Positions 42,601 to 50,747 of a stretch of 64,000 nucleotides of DNA are shown piece after piece. Position 1 is the stretch's first letter. Every line of letters begins with the position of its first letter. The DNA comes from Ferruginibacter sp. (GTDB lineage: Bacteria; Bacteroidota; Bacteroidia; Chitinophagales; Chitinophagaceae), in the NCBI GenBank assembly GCA_047602605.1, contig JASGGW010000001.1, positions 911,619 through 975,618 on the forward strand, written 5' to 3'. Under the pieces are notes generated by a model. It ran no database searches. It had not been told where the DNA came from and saw only the letters and a list, made by a program, of their open reading frames with translations. A program made the position numbers and the translations under genes.

Positions 42601-43280
42601 TCTTCCTGATCCTTGTATTGCAGTTTAAATCGCTCAGTAAGCCATTCATTGTATTGACCGAAATATTCTTCTCTGTGATCGGTGTAATACTCGGCTATGC
42701 CTTCACCGGTATGACGATCGCCACCATCATGTTTGGTGTGGGTATCATCGGCCTGGCAGGTATTGTGATCAAGAATGGTATCCTGCTCATAGAATTTACA
42801 GATGAGCTGCGAACAAGAGGTATTCGTACCAGGGAAGCTACTATACAGGCCGGTAAGATCCGTATTGTGCCGGTATTGCTTACAGCGCTGGCTACCATGC
42901 TGGGTCTGCTGCCGCTGGCTGTAGGGTTCAATATAGATTTCGTTTCATTCTTCCAGCACCTGAATCCTAAAATATTCTTTGGTGGCGATAGCGTGGTGTT
43001 CTGGGGTCCATTGAGCTGGACGATCATCTTCGGGTTGATCTTCGCATTCTTCCTTACCCTCATGATGGTGCCCAGTATGTACCTCATTGCAGAAAGGCTG
43101 AGAAGGCCGATGGAGAAATTCTATGGTACCAAGTTCGTAGCCCTGCTGGGTTTCCTCGGACCGTTCTTCTTCATCTTTGTGCTCGTCATGTATCTTGTGA
43201 GAAGGCTGCAGGGTAAAAAAGTGTGGAATGGCCAGCTGAAGCCGCCTCCGCCAAAAGATAAAAATGACCTGTTAGGTTAA
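39687..43280 (+). CDS. RND efflux permease (AcrB/AcrD/AcrF family)
   Basis: PKEQFP, GIIVDDAIVVIEN, GIVIKNGILL, R..PVLLTA. Confidence 0.93.
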   Translation: MKKHLEGISKKFKEFFVTSWAVDNRTAVYILAIIISAYGLMKFTSMPKEQFPDIVVPTISITTIYAGNSPKDIENLVTQPIEKQLKGISGAKVNKINSISQQDYSLIIVEFDTDVKTDLAKTKVQDAIDRAQSDLPTDLTSEPVAQEFSISEMPIMYVNVSGNYDGLKLKSYAEDLQDEFENIPEINRADIVGAPEREIQINADPYKMQAARLTFTDIENAVSRENHDITSGQIDVGTQERTMKVKGQFKTADDMRNIIVRSSAQGGWAYLRDIAQVVDTVKEKESYARLNGNDVVTLNIVKRAGENLIEAATKIKDVVKTMKEKGDLPQNLDIVITGDQSKTTATSFNELVNTIIIGFILVLVILMFFMGVTNAFFVALSVPLSVFVAFLFLPVADAIVGTSVTLNFIVLFALLFGLGIIVDDAIVVIENTHRIYHNGKVPIVRSAKEAAGEVFVPVLAGTATTLAPFFPLLFWKGIIGKFMIYLPTMLILTLAASLIVAFFFNPVFAVSFMQPEGKEHEEPKKMLFKKWWFWTFLAFGLVFHVFGFHGLGNFMLFMVLMFLLNRFLLSDVIHYFQNRILPGLMNRYEKMLRWVLKGWRPVWMFVSLFGVFAIAVVLLMVSVNSGRTKTTFFPSGDPNMIYVYLKMPVGTRVETTDSITGILEKRVLKVLDKELPQKGGIVESVITNVASSANNPDDNNRSIQPNLGRIQVSFVEFEKRHGKRTSPFLDEIRAQMGGIPGSSISVEQESSGPPTDPPVNIEISGDDYDQISKVAKDLLNYLDVHKTEGINNLHMDVDLNSPEITINVDREKATLEGLSTAQIGMELRTGVFGKEISKIKEGEDEYKIQLRYTSDLRNNVTDLLNQRITFMDMNTMAVKSIPIGAIASIDYTSTSGAVARKNVKRTIQLQSNVLEASMTNKINQELKGKIADFKSSNTIPPNVTIRQTGQGEQEAETSAFLGNALMVALGLIFLILVLQFKSLSKPFIVLTEIFFSVIGVILGYAFTGMTIATIMFGVGIIGLAGIVIKNGILLIEFTDELRTRGIRTREATIQAGKIRIVPVLLTALATMLGLLPLAVGFNIDFVSFFQHLNPKIFFGGDSVVFWGPLSWTIIFGLIFAFFLTLMMVPSMYLIAERLRRPMEKFYGTKFVALLGFLGPFFFIFVLVMYLVRRLQGKKVWNGQLKPPPPKDKNDLLG

Positions 43281-43307
43281 AATATAGTTGTTTTTTATTT
43301 TGATTAT

Positions 43308-43341
43308 AAACCGCTCGCTGTTATGGTGAGCGGTTTTGTTT
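43308..43341 (+). terminator. Intrinsic terminator of the RND operon
   Basis: AAACCGCTCGC/GTGAGCGGTTT stem followed by TTTTGTTTT. Confidence 0.75.
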
Positions 43342-43351
43342 TGTTACAAGG

Positions 43352-43441
43352 GAACGCAGGTGACGCAGATAATCATGATCGGTTATGATTTTTAATAAAT
43401 GATATCATCGTACATCGTCACCATCATAAAAATCAGCGTCC
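43352..43441. repeat. REP/MITE-like palindromic repeat, copy A
   Basis: GAACGCAGGTGACGCAGATAATCATGAT...ATCATAAAAATCAGCGTC; second copy at 60623. Confidence 0.65.
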
Positions 43442-43576
43442 TCTCTCCTCAAGTTTCAAAAAAATCAAACCGGTCACAAATACATTTAAACCATTGTAAA
43501 AACCTGAAAAATGGACTTTTATCATTGATAAGGGCCGTGCACACCCGTACATTTTTTAATCTAAAATTTTACTACA

Positions 43577-43912
43577 ATGAAAACATTCAAAGTTCTTTTC
43601 GCCGGCCTGTTTGCCATAGCAATGGCGGCAGGCATTTTTGCCTTCAGCAGCCAATCAAAATCCGGAACCCAAAAAACAGCTACCAGGGGAGCAGGCCTAT
43701 ACCGCTATACGGAAGCCTCCGACAATATCTCCGATCTGCAGGCTCCCGGCCATTGGGAACTGATCACTTCCGCTCCGTCAGACTGCTTCGATACGGGCGA
43801 TATTCCCTGCTATGTAAATTATACCGGCAGCGATTTCGACAACTTCCTCTCCGGCGCCGACCTGGATGACCTGTTGGACATTTCAGTGAAAGAAAAATAT
43901 GTAGCTCCTTAA
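43577..43912 (+). CDS. Small secreted protein with a Cys pair (resembles the DUF6520-type peptides found beside non-PUL SusC/SusD)
   Basis: Sec signal ending GIFAF; CFDTGDIPC; acidic tail; shares a terminator with susD. Confidence 0.75.
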   Translation: MKTFKVLFAGLFAIAMAAGIFAFSSQSKSGTQKTATRGAGLYRYTEASDNISDLQAPGHWELITSAPSDCFDTGDIPCYVNYTGSDFDNFLSGADLDDLLDISVKEKYVAP

Positions 43913-43939
43913 GGCGGTATGGCTTTAATGGAACGGTAG

Positions 43940-43969
43940 AAAAAAGGGCGGTTTTACCCGCCCTTTTTT
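43940..43969. terminator. Bidirectional intrinsic terminator
   Basis: AAAAAAGGGCGG-ttttac-CCGCCCTTTTTT. Confidence 0.85.
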
Positions 43970-45315
43970 CATCTTGGATTCTGTGGTATACCGGTTAGCT
44001 GTATAATATCTTCCGGTATAGGTAATGCAAAGCGGAGGTCGTTTGCCGCAAGATGATAAATATCGTTGTTTAATTTCCTGGTCATGTTGATGTCACGGCC
44101 CTCTTTATTAAGGCGCTTTACATCGGGCCAGCGCAGGCCACGCATCAGCAATTCTTTTCTGCGTTCGGTTAAAATAATATTCAGCGCATCTGCTGCGGTA
44201 GCTGCTGTAAAAGGTACGAACAGGTTGTTGCGCCATCTTTTTACCAGCAACCGGTTAAGCATTTCCATTGATGCCTGTACTTCATTTCTTCTTGCCAGGC
44301 ATTCTGCTTTTATAAGATATACCTCGTTGGTGGCAATGCCGCAGAAGCAGGCATTGGCTCCTTCGTAACTGCCTTTAAAGCCATAGCTCCCGTTGTTGTT
44401 GTTTTTAAAAAAAACTGTTTTCCGAAGATCGTTGGCATCGTAAGACCGGTACAGGAACGAATCGATCTTTGCCCTTGCATTGCTCAATGCCGAAGAACCC
44501 ATCTTGTTATCCATCAGTACTTCTGTATTGAATGCTGCGATGGGATAAGATGCAGACGCCGTCAGGTTATTGAAGTTTAGCAGGTCGCTTTTAAGCGCCA
44601 GGGCAGAGTCAGCATATTTTTCTGCTTCATTGTAGTGGCGCATCCACAGCAATGTTCTTGCTATCAGCGCATAGGCTGCAGGCCTCGATGGGCGCATCAC
44701 ATGCACGGGACGGATGGGAAGCAGTGCTATCGCTTCTTTGAGGTCGGCTAGTATCAGCGAATAATTTTCCTGTACAGCCGGCCTTACCGAAGGTTCGTTG
44801 AAATCGGTGGATCGCCGGATCGGAACACCCATGTCGGTGGCAGAACTGGTTTCGTCATATGCAGGCGCAAACGTAGTGGTGAGCGCCAGGTAAGATTTTG
44901 CCCGGTGATACAACGCCTGACCTTTTATATTGTTCCATTGATCTGCCGGTATTTTTTCTACCTTATCTATATTTTCCAGCACTGTGTTCGCAACAAAAAT
45001 CACCTTGTAAGGATTGAACCAGTCATTCGCTGAAGGCAGGAAAACATTGTCGGGCTTCCAGGTGTACAATGCCTTAATATCTGTTGCCAGGGCATTCCAG
45101 TCGGTATAGGTATAATAGAAATCACCGGCGCTCAGTTCGGCACATTGTATATCGTTATTGTTTACCCGCTGGTAATCGTCCAGCAGTGCCTGAAGGTCTT
45201 TTTGAGTGGAAGGCACCACCAGTTTTGCATTTGATTTCTCCTCTAGGAATTTTTTACAGGAGTGGTTGCTGCAGATGGCTGCCAGCAATAACGGATAGAA
45301 AATTATTTTTTTCAT
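43969..45315 (-). CDS. SusD/RagB lipoprotein (short type)
   Basis: SCKKFL; GQALYHRA, EVYLIKAEC, ERRKELLMRGLRWPD, QNPR. Confidence 0.9.
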   Translation of the reverse strand: MKKIIFYPLLLAAICSNHSCKKFLEEKSNAKLVVPSTQKDLQALLDDYQRVNNNDIQCAELSAGDFYYTYTDWNALATDIKALYTWKPDNVFLPSANDWFNPYKVIFVANTVLENIDKVEKIPADQWNNIKGQALYHRAKSYLALTTTFAPAYDETSSATDMGVPIRRSTDFNEPSVRPAVQENYSLILADLKEAIALLPIRPVHVMRPSRPAAYALIARTLLWMRHYNEAEKYADSALALKSDLLNFNNLTASASYPIAAFNTEVLMDNKMGSSALSNARAKIDSFLYRSYDANDLRKTVFFKNNNNGSYGFKGSYEGANACFCGIATNEVYLIKAECLARRNEVQASMEMLNRLLVKRWRNNLFVPFTAATAADALNIILTERRKELLMRGLRWPDVKRLNKEGRDINMTRKLNNDIYHLAANDLRFALPIPEDIIQLTGIPQNPR

Positions 45316-45327
45316 GTTGTATTTTTT

Positions 45328-48300
45328 TTATTTGAACTGAATATGGATACCTGCTGCGCAGGAAAGAGAAGGAGGGATCACATCGCTGAGATAATCCGGG
45401 TCAATATGATCTTTATTCGCCCGCCACAGGATGCCGATATTGCTGATGCTGCAAAACAGGTTCAGTGTTTTAAAAGGCAGCCGCTTAAATGTGCTTTCGT
45501 TAAATTCATAACCGAGGGTGATGAACTGTAAGCGGATATGATCACCCTTTACCACATTTACAGGGCTGTTGGCATAAAATGCATCCCGCCTGCTATCCGA
45601 CGGGTATGGCATAGAAGGCACCGTCGTGTGCAGCTCATCACCCGGCTGCTGCCAGCGCAGGTAATAATCGGAGTGAGTGATATTTCTATTGAATAAAGCG
45701 TTGTAGCTGATGGTGGCCTTACGGATATAATACCCGAATTTATAGCTCAGTCTTGCTGTGAAGTAAAAATTCTTATACCGCAAGGTATTGCCCAGCGCAC
45801 CAAATACCGCAGGCAATGCACGACCATGATAAGTAAGGCTGTCAACGGTGGTGGTAGCGCCGGTGATTCCTGCATAATTGCTGCTTATTGTCCCGTTGAA
45901 ATAACCCAGCGGGTTGCCGTTGGCAGCATCAAGCCCCGCCCATTTATAGCTGTATACTGCATATACCGGCCGGCCTTCGATGGCTGAAATATTATTGCCG
46001 CCGCTCAGGAAATTGCCTGCCTGCCGGGTGCTGAGATAATAGCGTGTGACCTTATCGGTATTTGTGCTCAGCTGCAGCTGTGATGTCCATTGTATTCGGC
46101 GGTTGATGTTGATGGAATTGATCTCCGCATCCATACCGCTTCCCTTCATGGCAGCCACATTTTTTATAATACGGGTGGTGGGCACAGCAGTGTAATCAAC
46201 CGGCGTGGTGCCGTAAAGATTTTTGCCACGTTTCCAGTACAGGTCTACCGATCCGGAAATTCTTTCTGCCGGCAGCTTAAAATCGAAGCCGGTGTTCAGT
46301 GTGCTCATCTGCTCCCAGCCCAGGTCGGGGTTTTTAAATTTGTCCAGTATGGCAGTCATCGTGCCCGTATAAGACGATTGTATAAAATAGGAAATGGTGG
46401 CCACTGCCGCAACCGAAGGATCTGCATTGCCCGACTTGCCCCAGGTAGTCCTCCATTTTAAATAAGGCAGCCAGGCAATACGATAAAAATTCTCTTTGGA
46501 GATATCCCAGCCCACACCTGCCGACCACAGCAGGTTCCATTTATCATTCGTATTGGCTCCAAACAGGTTGGAAGCATCCCTGCGAAGCGATGTGGTAAAA
46601 TGATACCTGTTTTTGTAGGAGTAGCCTGCGTTTGCAAAAGCAGACACAAAGCGGTTCACCAGCCGGTCAAAATACTGGTTGCCGGGAATAAAACTTTCAG
46701 CGCCTGAAATATACGTTGGGTATGTATGCAGGTAATCTGTATTGCTGAAACCTGCAATGTCGTCATTGTATCCGTAGGTGCGGTATTGGGTGTTTTTGGT
46801 GCGGGCATCTCTTATTTCCCAGCCCGCAATGGCTGCAACGGCATGCTGCGCAAAATTTGCATTGTAGCCCAGTTGTGCCCTCAGGTTATGGGCTACAATA
46901 GTATTGAGCCCGTCGTCCAGTATAGCGCCCTTCGGCACTCCATAGGTCAGTTCGCCGGTTTGATGGTTTATCTGCGTAAATAAATTTACCAGGTTGCGGC
47001 TCATATAACTCTGCTCTCCATACAGCATCTTGTTTTGTACCAGTTGGTTTTCGTACTGGTAGCGTATGCTTATGTTGTAGTTTTTTAAAAACCGGTATTG
47101 CAGGCCGATGCTGCCGGTAATATTCTGCAGATATGTTTTGCTGCTGTTATGCTGGTAATCTGTAAGCGGGTAGTAATTCCAGTTCAGCAGCTTACCGCCG
47201 CCTGCCGTATCAGTATAAGGTTGCCGGTAGGTATTCATTACAGGCAGGGGAGTGCCATTGGCATCTGCAAATGACGTGTACAATGGCAACTCGCCCCTTG
47301 CCGTAATGATATCGCTATAACCGGGCCTGCCGCCTGTGGTATAGCTGTTGGTATAAAACAGACTGGTATTGATCTGCAGGCCTGCAGCCGGTTTGTAATC
47401 GGCGGCCGTACTGATATTGATGCGGCGGTATTTGCCGGCCAGGTTGGTCACATTCTCATCCAGTCCTGCCGAAAAGCGCCAGGCCATTGTGTTGGAGCCG
47501 CCTTGCACAGCAATATTATGCTGCGTATTCATGGCTGTGCGGTACAGGTATTTGTCAAACTCTTTTCTTACATCTGTTTGGCTGAGTGAATCAAGCGCTG
47601 CATTCAGCTGCGCATCGTTGAGACTCCCGTTCCGGCGGCGAAACAGCAGCTCATACACCGGGCTGAAAACGGGGCGTTCATCAGCCGCCGTATCGGCAAA
47701 ATTGAAGCCGTTGGCAAACAGCATTTTTTCCACTTCTATCACATCGGCCGATTTCATCGAAGGCAGGTAAAAAAGATCAGGCGCTGCCGTAAAGCTCATA
47801 TTGCTGCTCAGTGATACCGACAGCTTTTTATTGTAGCGACCCTTTTTGGTAGTGATCACAATAACGCCGTTGCCCGCCCGTGCACCCCATACCGATGTGG
47901 CAGCTGCATCTTTTAATACCGTGATGCTTTCCACATCGTTGGGATTGATATTGGCGATATCGCCGCTATACACAAAATTGTCGATTACGATCAGAGGTTC
48001 CTTCGGGCCCTGTATGGTAGATAGTCCCCTGATCATGATCGTGGTGCGGCCCTGTGCCTTGGTGCGGTCGAAGCTGATGCCCGATACCATACCCTCCAGC
48101 CTGGATAATACATCGGTGCTTACCCGCTGCGACAGCGTTTCTGCATTAATATAGCTGTAAGCGCCCGTGGCTCTTTCTCTTGGCAGCGGCTGGTAGCCGT
48201 TGTTTACCACCACTTCTTCCAGATGGGTGCCCAGCGGCAGCAATGTAAGGCGTAATGTTGTTTTAAAAGTTGCTTCGTCTACGGGTAGCCGTAACAATGC

Positions 48301-48525
48301 GAAGCCCGGTTTTTCCAAAAGCAATGTGTCGGGTACGGAGCAGCTTATTTTAAAAATACCTTCTGCATTGCTTGTGCTGCTGTTTCCGGCTGCTGCAGTG
48401 TTGATGCGTACGCCCTGCAGCGGCAGCCCTGTTTCTTCTGAAAATATTCTGCCTGTAAGCAATTGCTGACCGCATAGTGTAAAGGCTACGGCCTGTAATA
48501 GCAGGCAACATATAAGATATCTCAT
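45328..48525 (-). CDS. SusC/RagA TonB-dependent transporter
   Basis: LPRERATGA, VLKDAAATSVWGARAGNGVIVITTKKG, RWQQPGDE. Confidence 0.93.
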   Translation of the reverse strand: MRYLICCLLLQAVAFTLCGQQLLTGRIFSEETGLPLQGVRINTAAAGNSSTSNAEGIFKISCSVPDTLLLEKPGFALLRLPVDEATFKTTLRLTLLPLGTHLEEVVVNNGYQPLPRERATGAYSYINAETLSQRVSTDVLSRLEGMVSGISFDRTKAQGRTTIMIRGLSTIQGPKEPLIVIDNFVYSGDIANINPNDVESITVLKDAAATSVWGARAGNGVIVITTKKGRYNKKLSVSLSSNMSFTAAPDLFYLPSMKSADVIEVEKMLFANGFNFADTAADERPVFSPVYELLFRRRNGSLNDAQLNAALDSLSQTDVRKEFDKYLYRTAMNTQHNIAVQGGSNTMAWRFSAGLDENVTNLAGKYRRINISTAADYKPAAGLQINTSLFYTNSYTTGGRPGYSDIITARGELPLYTSFADANGTPLPVMNTYRQPYTDTAGGGKLLNWNYYPLTDYQHNSSKTYLQNITGSIGLQYRFLKNYNISIRYQYENQLVQNKMLYGEQSYMSRNLVNLFTQINHQTGELTYGVPKGAILDDGLNTIVAHNLRAQLGYNANFAQHAVAAIAGWEIRDARTKNTQYRTYGYNDDIAGFSNTDYLHTYPTYISGAESFIPGNQYFDRLVNRFVSAFANAGYSYKNRYHFTTSLRRDASNLFGANTNDKWNLLWSAGVGWDISKENFYRIAWLPYLKWRTTWGKSGNADPSVAAVATISYFIQSSYTGTMTAILDKFKNPDLGWEQMSTLNTGFDFKLPAERISGSVDLYWKRGKNLYGTTPVDYTAVPTTRIIKNVAAMKGSGMDAEINSININRRIQWTSQLQLSTNTDKVTRYYLSTRQAGNFLSGGNNISAIEGRPVYAVYSYKWAGLDAANGNPLGYFNGTISSNYAGITGATTTVDSLTYHGRALPAVFGALGNTLRYKNFYFTARLSYKFGYYIRKATISYNALFNRNITHSDYYLRWQQPGDELHTTVPSMPYPSDSRRDAFYANSPVNVVKGDHIRLQFITLGYEFNESTFKRLPFKTLNLFCSISNIGILWRANKDHIDPDYLSDVIPPSLSCAAGIHIQFK

Positions 48526-48546
48526 AGTGTGTAATGGTTTGGTTGG

Positions 48547-49770
48547 TTATGGTAATGGGTTGGCGTAGGAGAGCACAAGAAACGGCACCGGTCGCCGGGC
48601 CTTTACCAGCCCCAGGCCGTAAGGCTGCAATGCTTTTTGCAGCGCCGTTATATTGCCCTCGAAAGCAGCGGCTGGCAATGACATATTCAACGGTTGTGTA
48701 ATGGATGCAGCAGCTACCACTATTGGTTGCGTACTGAGCCACCTGCTGTTACTGATAGCTGCGGCAAGGGAGGAAAGTGGCTTGTTTTGAAACAGCACAT
48801 AACCATTTTTTGCAGCTACAGGGGTTTGTGAGGTTGTTTGCATGCTGTGAAAAACGGCGGCATCTGCAACCTGTAATTCCCAGCAGGCAGTATCAATATT
48901 TACTATGCGGCCATCAAGGCCAAAGCTGCGGTTAAGCAATTGCACAAAAGCCTGCCTGGCGTATGCTTTGCTGCAGGTATCCGGCAATAGCAGTTCTGCA
49001 TTTACCCGGGTATGTAATGGCGCATCATCCGGCAACAGGTTTAATTGCAGGGGTGTATTGCCCAGCATTCTTTTATACAATGCAGTGAGCGGCATCGCTG
49101 AGGCGGTAATGCTTTGGAAGCCCTCGCCGTTGTAATAAACCAGGCCGGGTAAATAAGGAGAATGTGCAGTATCTGCCCGGCCACTGATAGTTTGTGCAAG
49201 CGCAGCTTTGTCCTGCTCTTCAAAGAAAATAGAACAGCCCGGTTTCAGTGGTTTTAAAAGGGATTGGTCGGTGGTAGTAAGCAGCTCGCCACGCAGCGCT
49301 TTTTCTATATTATCATTGTTCAGCGCTTCGGAGCCGGTAATGGCCAGCACCCGGCCTGTATGGCTTATCCATACATAATGCGGAATGGCGGTGAACGGAA
49401 ACAGGGCCGTGAAACTGCTGTCGTTCACCAGCTGTTTAAAAGCCGGCAGCTGCGGGTGTGTGGCGTGATACTTTTTAAAGAAAGCAGCTATTTTCTGTGC
49501 ATTGTCTGCAGTGCTGCTGCTGTTGATGAGCACAATGCCCAGTGCGTTGCCGTGCTGCTGTTGCAGGCCGGCCATTACAGGAAAGTTTTTAATACACGAA
49601 GAGCACCAGGTGGCCCAGAAATCAAGGATAAAAAGCCGTGGCCTGGTGGGTGCCAGTTGCTGCAGCTGCTGCATATACACAGCAGGTACATGGTTGCCCG
49701 GGTGGAGTGGTGCCTGTGGCCGGGCAAGGTAGGGGCATACAAATGCCAGTATGCAAAAAATGCGCTTCAT
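48547..49770 (-). CDS. TlpA-like thiol-disulfide oxidoreductase with an extra C-terminal domain
   Basis: ILDFWATWCSSC and FPFTAIPHYVWI (cis-Pro) thioredoxin motifs; N-terminal signal. Confidence 0.8.
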   Translation of the reverse strand: MKRIFCILAFVCPYLARPQAPLHPGNHVPAVYMQQLQQLAPTRPRLFILDFWATWCSSCIKNFPVMAGLQQQHGNALGIVLINSSSTADNAQKIAAFFKKYHATHPQLPAFKQLVNDSSFTALFPFTAIPHYVWISHTGRVLAITGSEALNNDNIEKALRGELLTTTDQSLLKPLKPGCSIFFEEQDKAALAQTISGRADTAHSPYLPGLVYYNGEGFQSITASAMPLTALYKRMLGNTPLQLNLLPDDAPLHTRVNAELLLPDTCSKAYARQAFVQLLNRSFGLDGRIVNIDTACWELQVADAAVFHSMQTTSQTPVAAKNGYVLFQNKPLSSLAAAISNSRWLSTQPIVVAAASITQPLNMSLPAAAFEGNITALQKALQPYGLGLVKARRPVPFLVLSYANPLP

Positions 49771-49971
49771 TGCATGTAGTTTTTTTGAATGAAAGAAAGG
49801 GATTGCTCTTGCAGGAGAAGGCAGCGTGGCCTGTATGAAGGGCGGGTGATGCGGGGGGGCTGTGTTGTATATTTCCCTTGCAATACAGTGCTACCGGCCT
49901 GTACTAGGTTGGGTTCTTTGGTTTCCTTTCAAATGTGCATTTGAGCCAGCAAATGCCCTTGCCTTTGTGCA

Positions 49972-50259
49972 TCATTGGTTTCGCATTGGATAGTGATAAA
50001 GCGGGGTACCTGTGCTGAGCGGGTGCAGCTTCGCCAGCCTGTTAAGCAGGTTGCAGGCGCTGTTGATTTTTTTAATAATGAGGGAGCGCAGGTGAGGTCC
50101 TTCAAAAAAGAGCTGTTCCTCGTAAATTTCTTCAAGCACTATCGTTACCAGCTGTGTAGCCAGTGCCTTGCTGTGTTTCAATTGCAGCTGTGCCAGTCTT
50201 ATGGCAGGCTTTTGGTAGCGTGCTATAATGGGCAAAATGCCTTTGTCTGTTTGTGTCAT
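49972..50259 (-). CDS. Hypothetical protein resembling an isolated ECF sigma-70 region 2
   Basis: RYQKPAIRLA..LATQLV..VLEEIYE..HLRSLIIKKINSAC follows the ECF region-2 pattern; no region 4. Confidence 0.5.
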   Translation of the reverse strand: MTQTDKGILPIIARYQKPAIRLAQLQLKHSKALATQLVTIVLEEIYEEQLFFEGPHLRSLIIKKINSACNLLNRLAKLHPLSTGTPLYHYPMRNQ

Positions 50260-50462
50260 GGGTGGATATATTTTATAAAGTGAAAGAATAACAAAGGGTA
50301 ATTAAGCGGGAGCTTTAATGATGCGGCTGGACAATCCACGTCTGGACACAGGTAAACGGGGGTGGATGAAGATTTTACTTTCATATGCGGGTTTAGTGAC
50401 CGCTTAGAAAGTCTCGTTGGTAAGGGAGCATTTTGCCGGAAAAATATTGGCGTGGAACTCAC
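50256..50462 (-). CDS. Possible leader ORF (68 aa)
   Basis: GTG start inside the switch helix of the leader RNA; TGA overlaps the next ATG (ATGA). Confidence 0.3.
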   Translation of the reverse strand: MSSTPIFFRQNAPLPTRLSKRSLNPHMKVKSSSTPVYLCPDVDCPAASLKLPLNYPLLFFHFIKYIHP

Positions 50463-50590
50463 TTACCGCCTTGAGGCCGTCGGAGCCTACGCACGAATAA
50501 GGAGCCCACGCCAAATGACGTGGGCATTCAACTTATCATCTCGTGCGTTTTGAAATTTCCGACGTTTCAAGACGAGACCCTAAGCGAATG
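50401..50590 (-). ncRNA. Candidate structured cis-regulatory leader RNA
   Basis: Five nested stems, a long-range closing helix and a mutually exclusive helix; mismatches resolve to G-U only on the minus strand. Confidence 0.7.
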
Positions 50591-50617
50591 CTTCAAATTT
50601 TGTTAATAGAAGTATCG

Positions 50618-50652
50618 CAAAACTATCATTTTGGCTACGACAGTTTATCAAA
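50618..50652 (-). promoter_or_regulatory. Bacteroidota sigma-A promoter for the leader RNA/operon
   Basis: -7 TAGTTTTG (50625-50618); TTTG at 50652-50649 (23-nt spacer, longer than typical). Confidence 0.55.
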
Positions 50653-50727
50653 TGTAATGATTTTTTTATAAAATAAACAAATAATAAACGTTTATGACTA
50701 ATTTAAGTGTAATTTATTTAGACGCAG

Positions 50728-50747
50728 TTGTGTATTTATTTACACAA
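50728..50747. promoter_or_regulatory. Palindrome at the XRE start, candidate operator
   Basis: TTGTGTA-tttatt-TACACAA; a related degenerate copy at 50707-50723. Confidence 0.45.

Noticed and set aside
43399-43869. 156-aa ORF overlapping the small secreted protein
   Set aside because: Starts inside the palindromic repeat and has no recognisable features; the 43577 frame has a clear signal peptide
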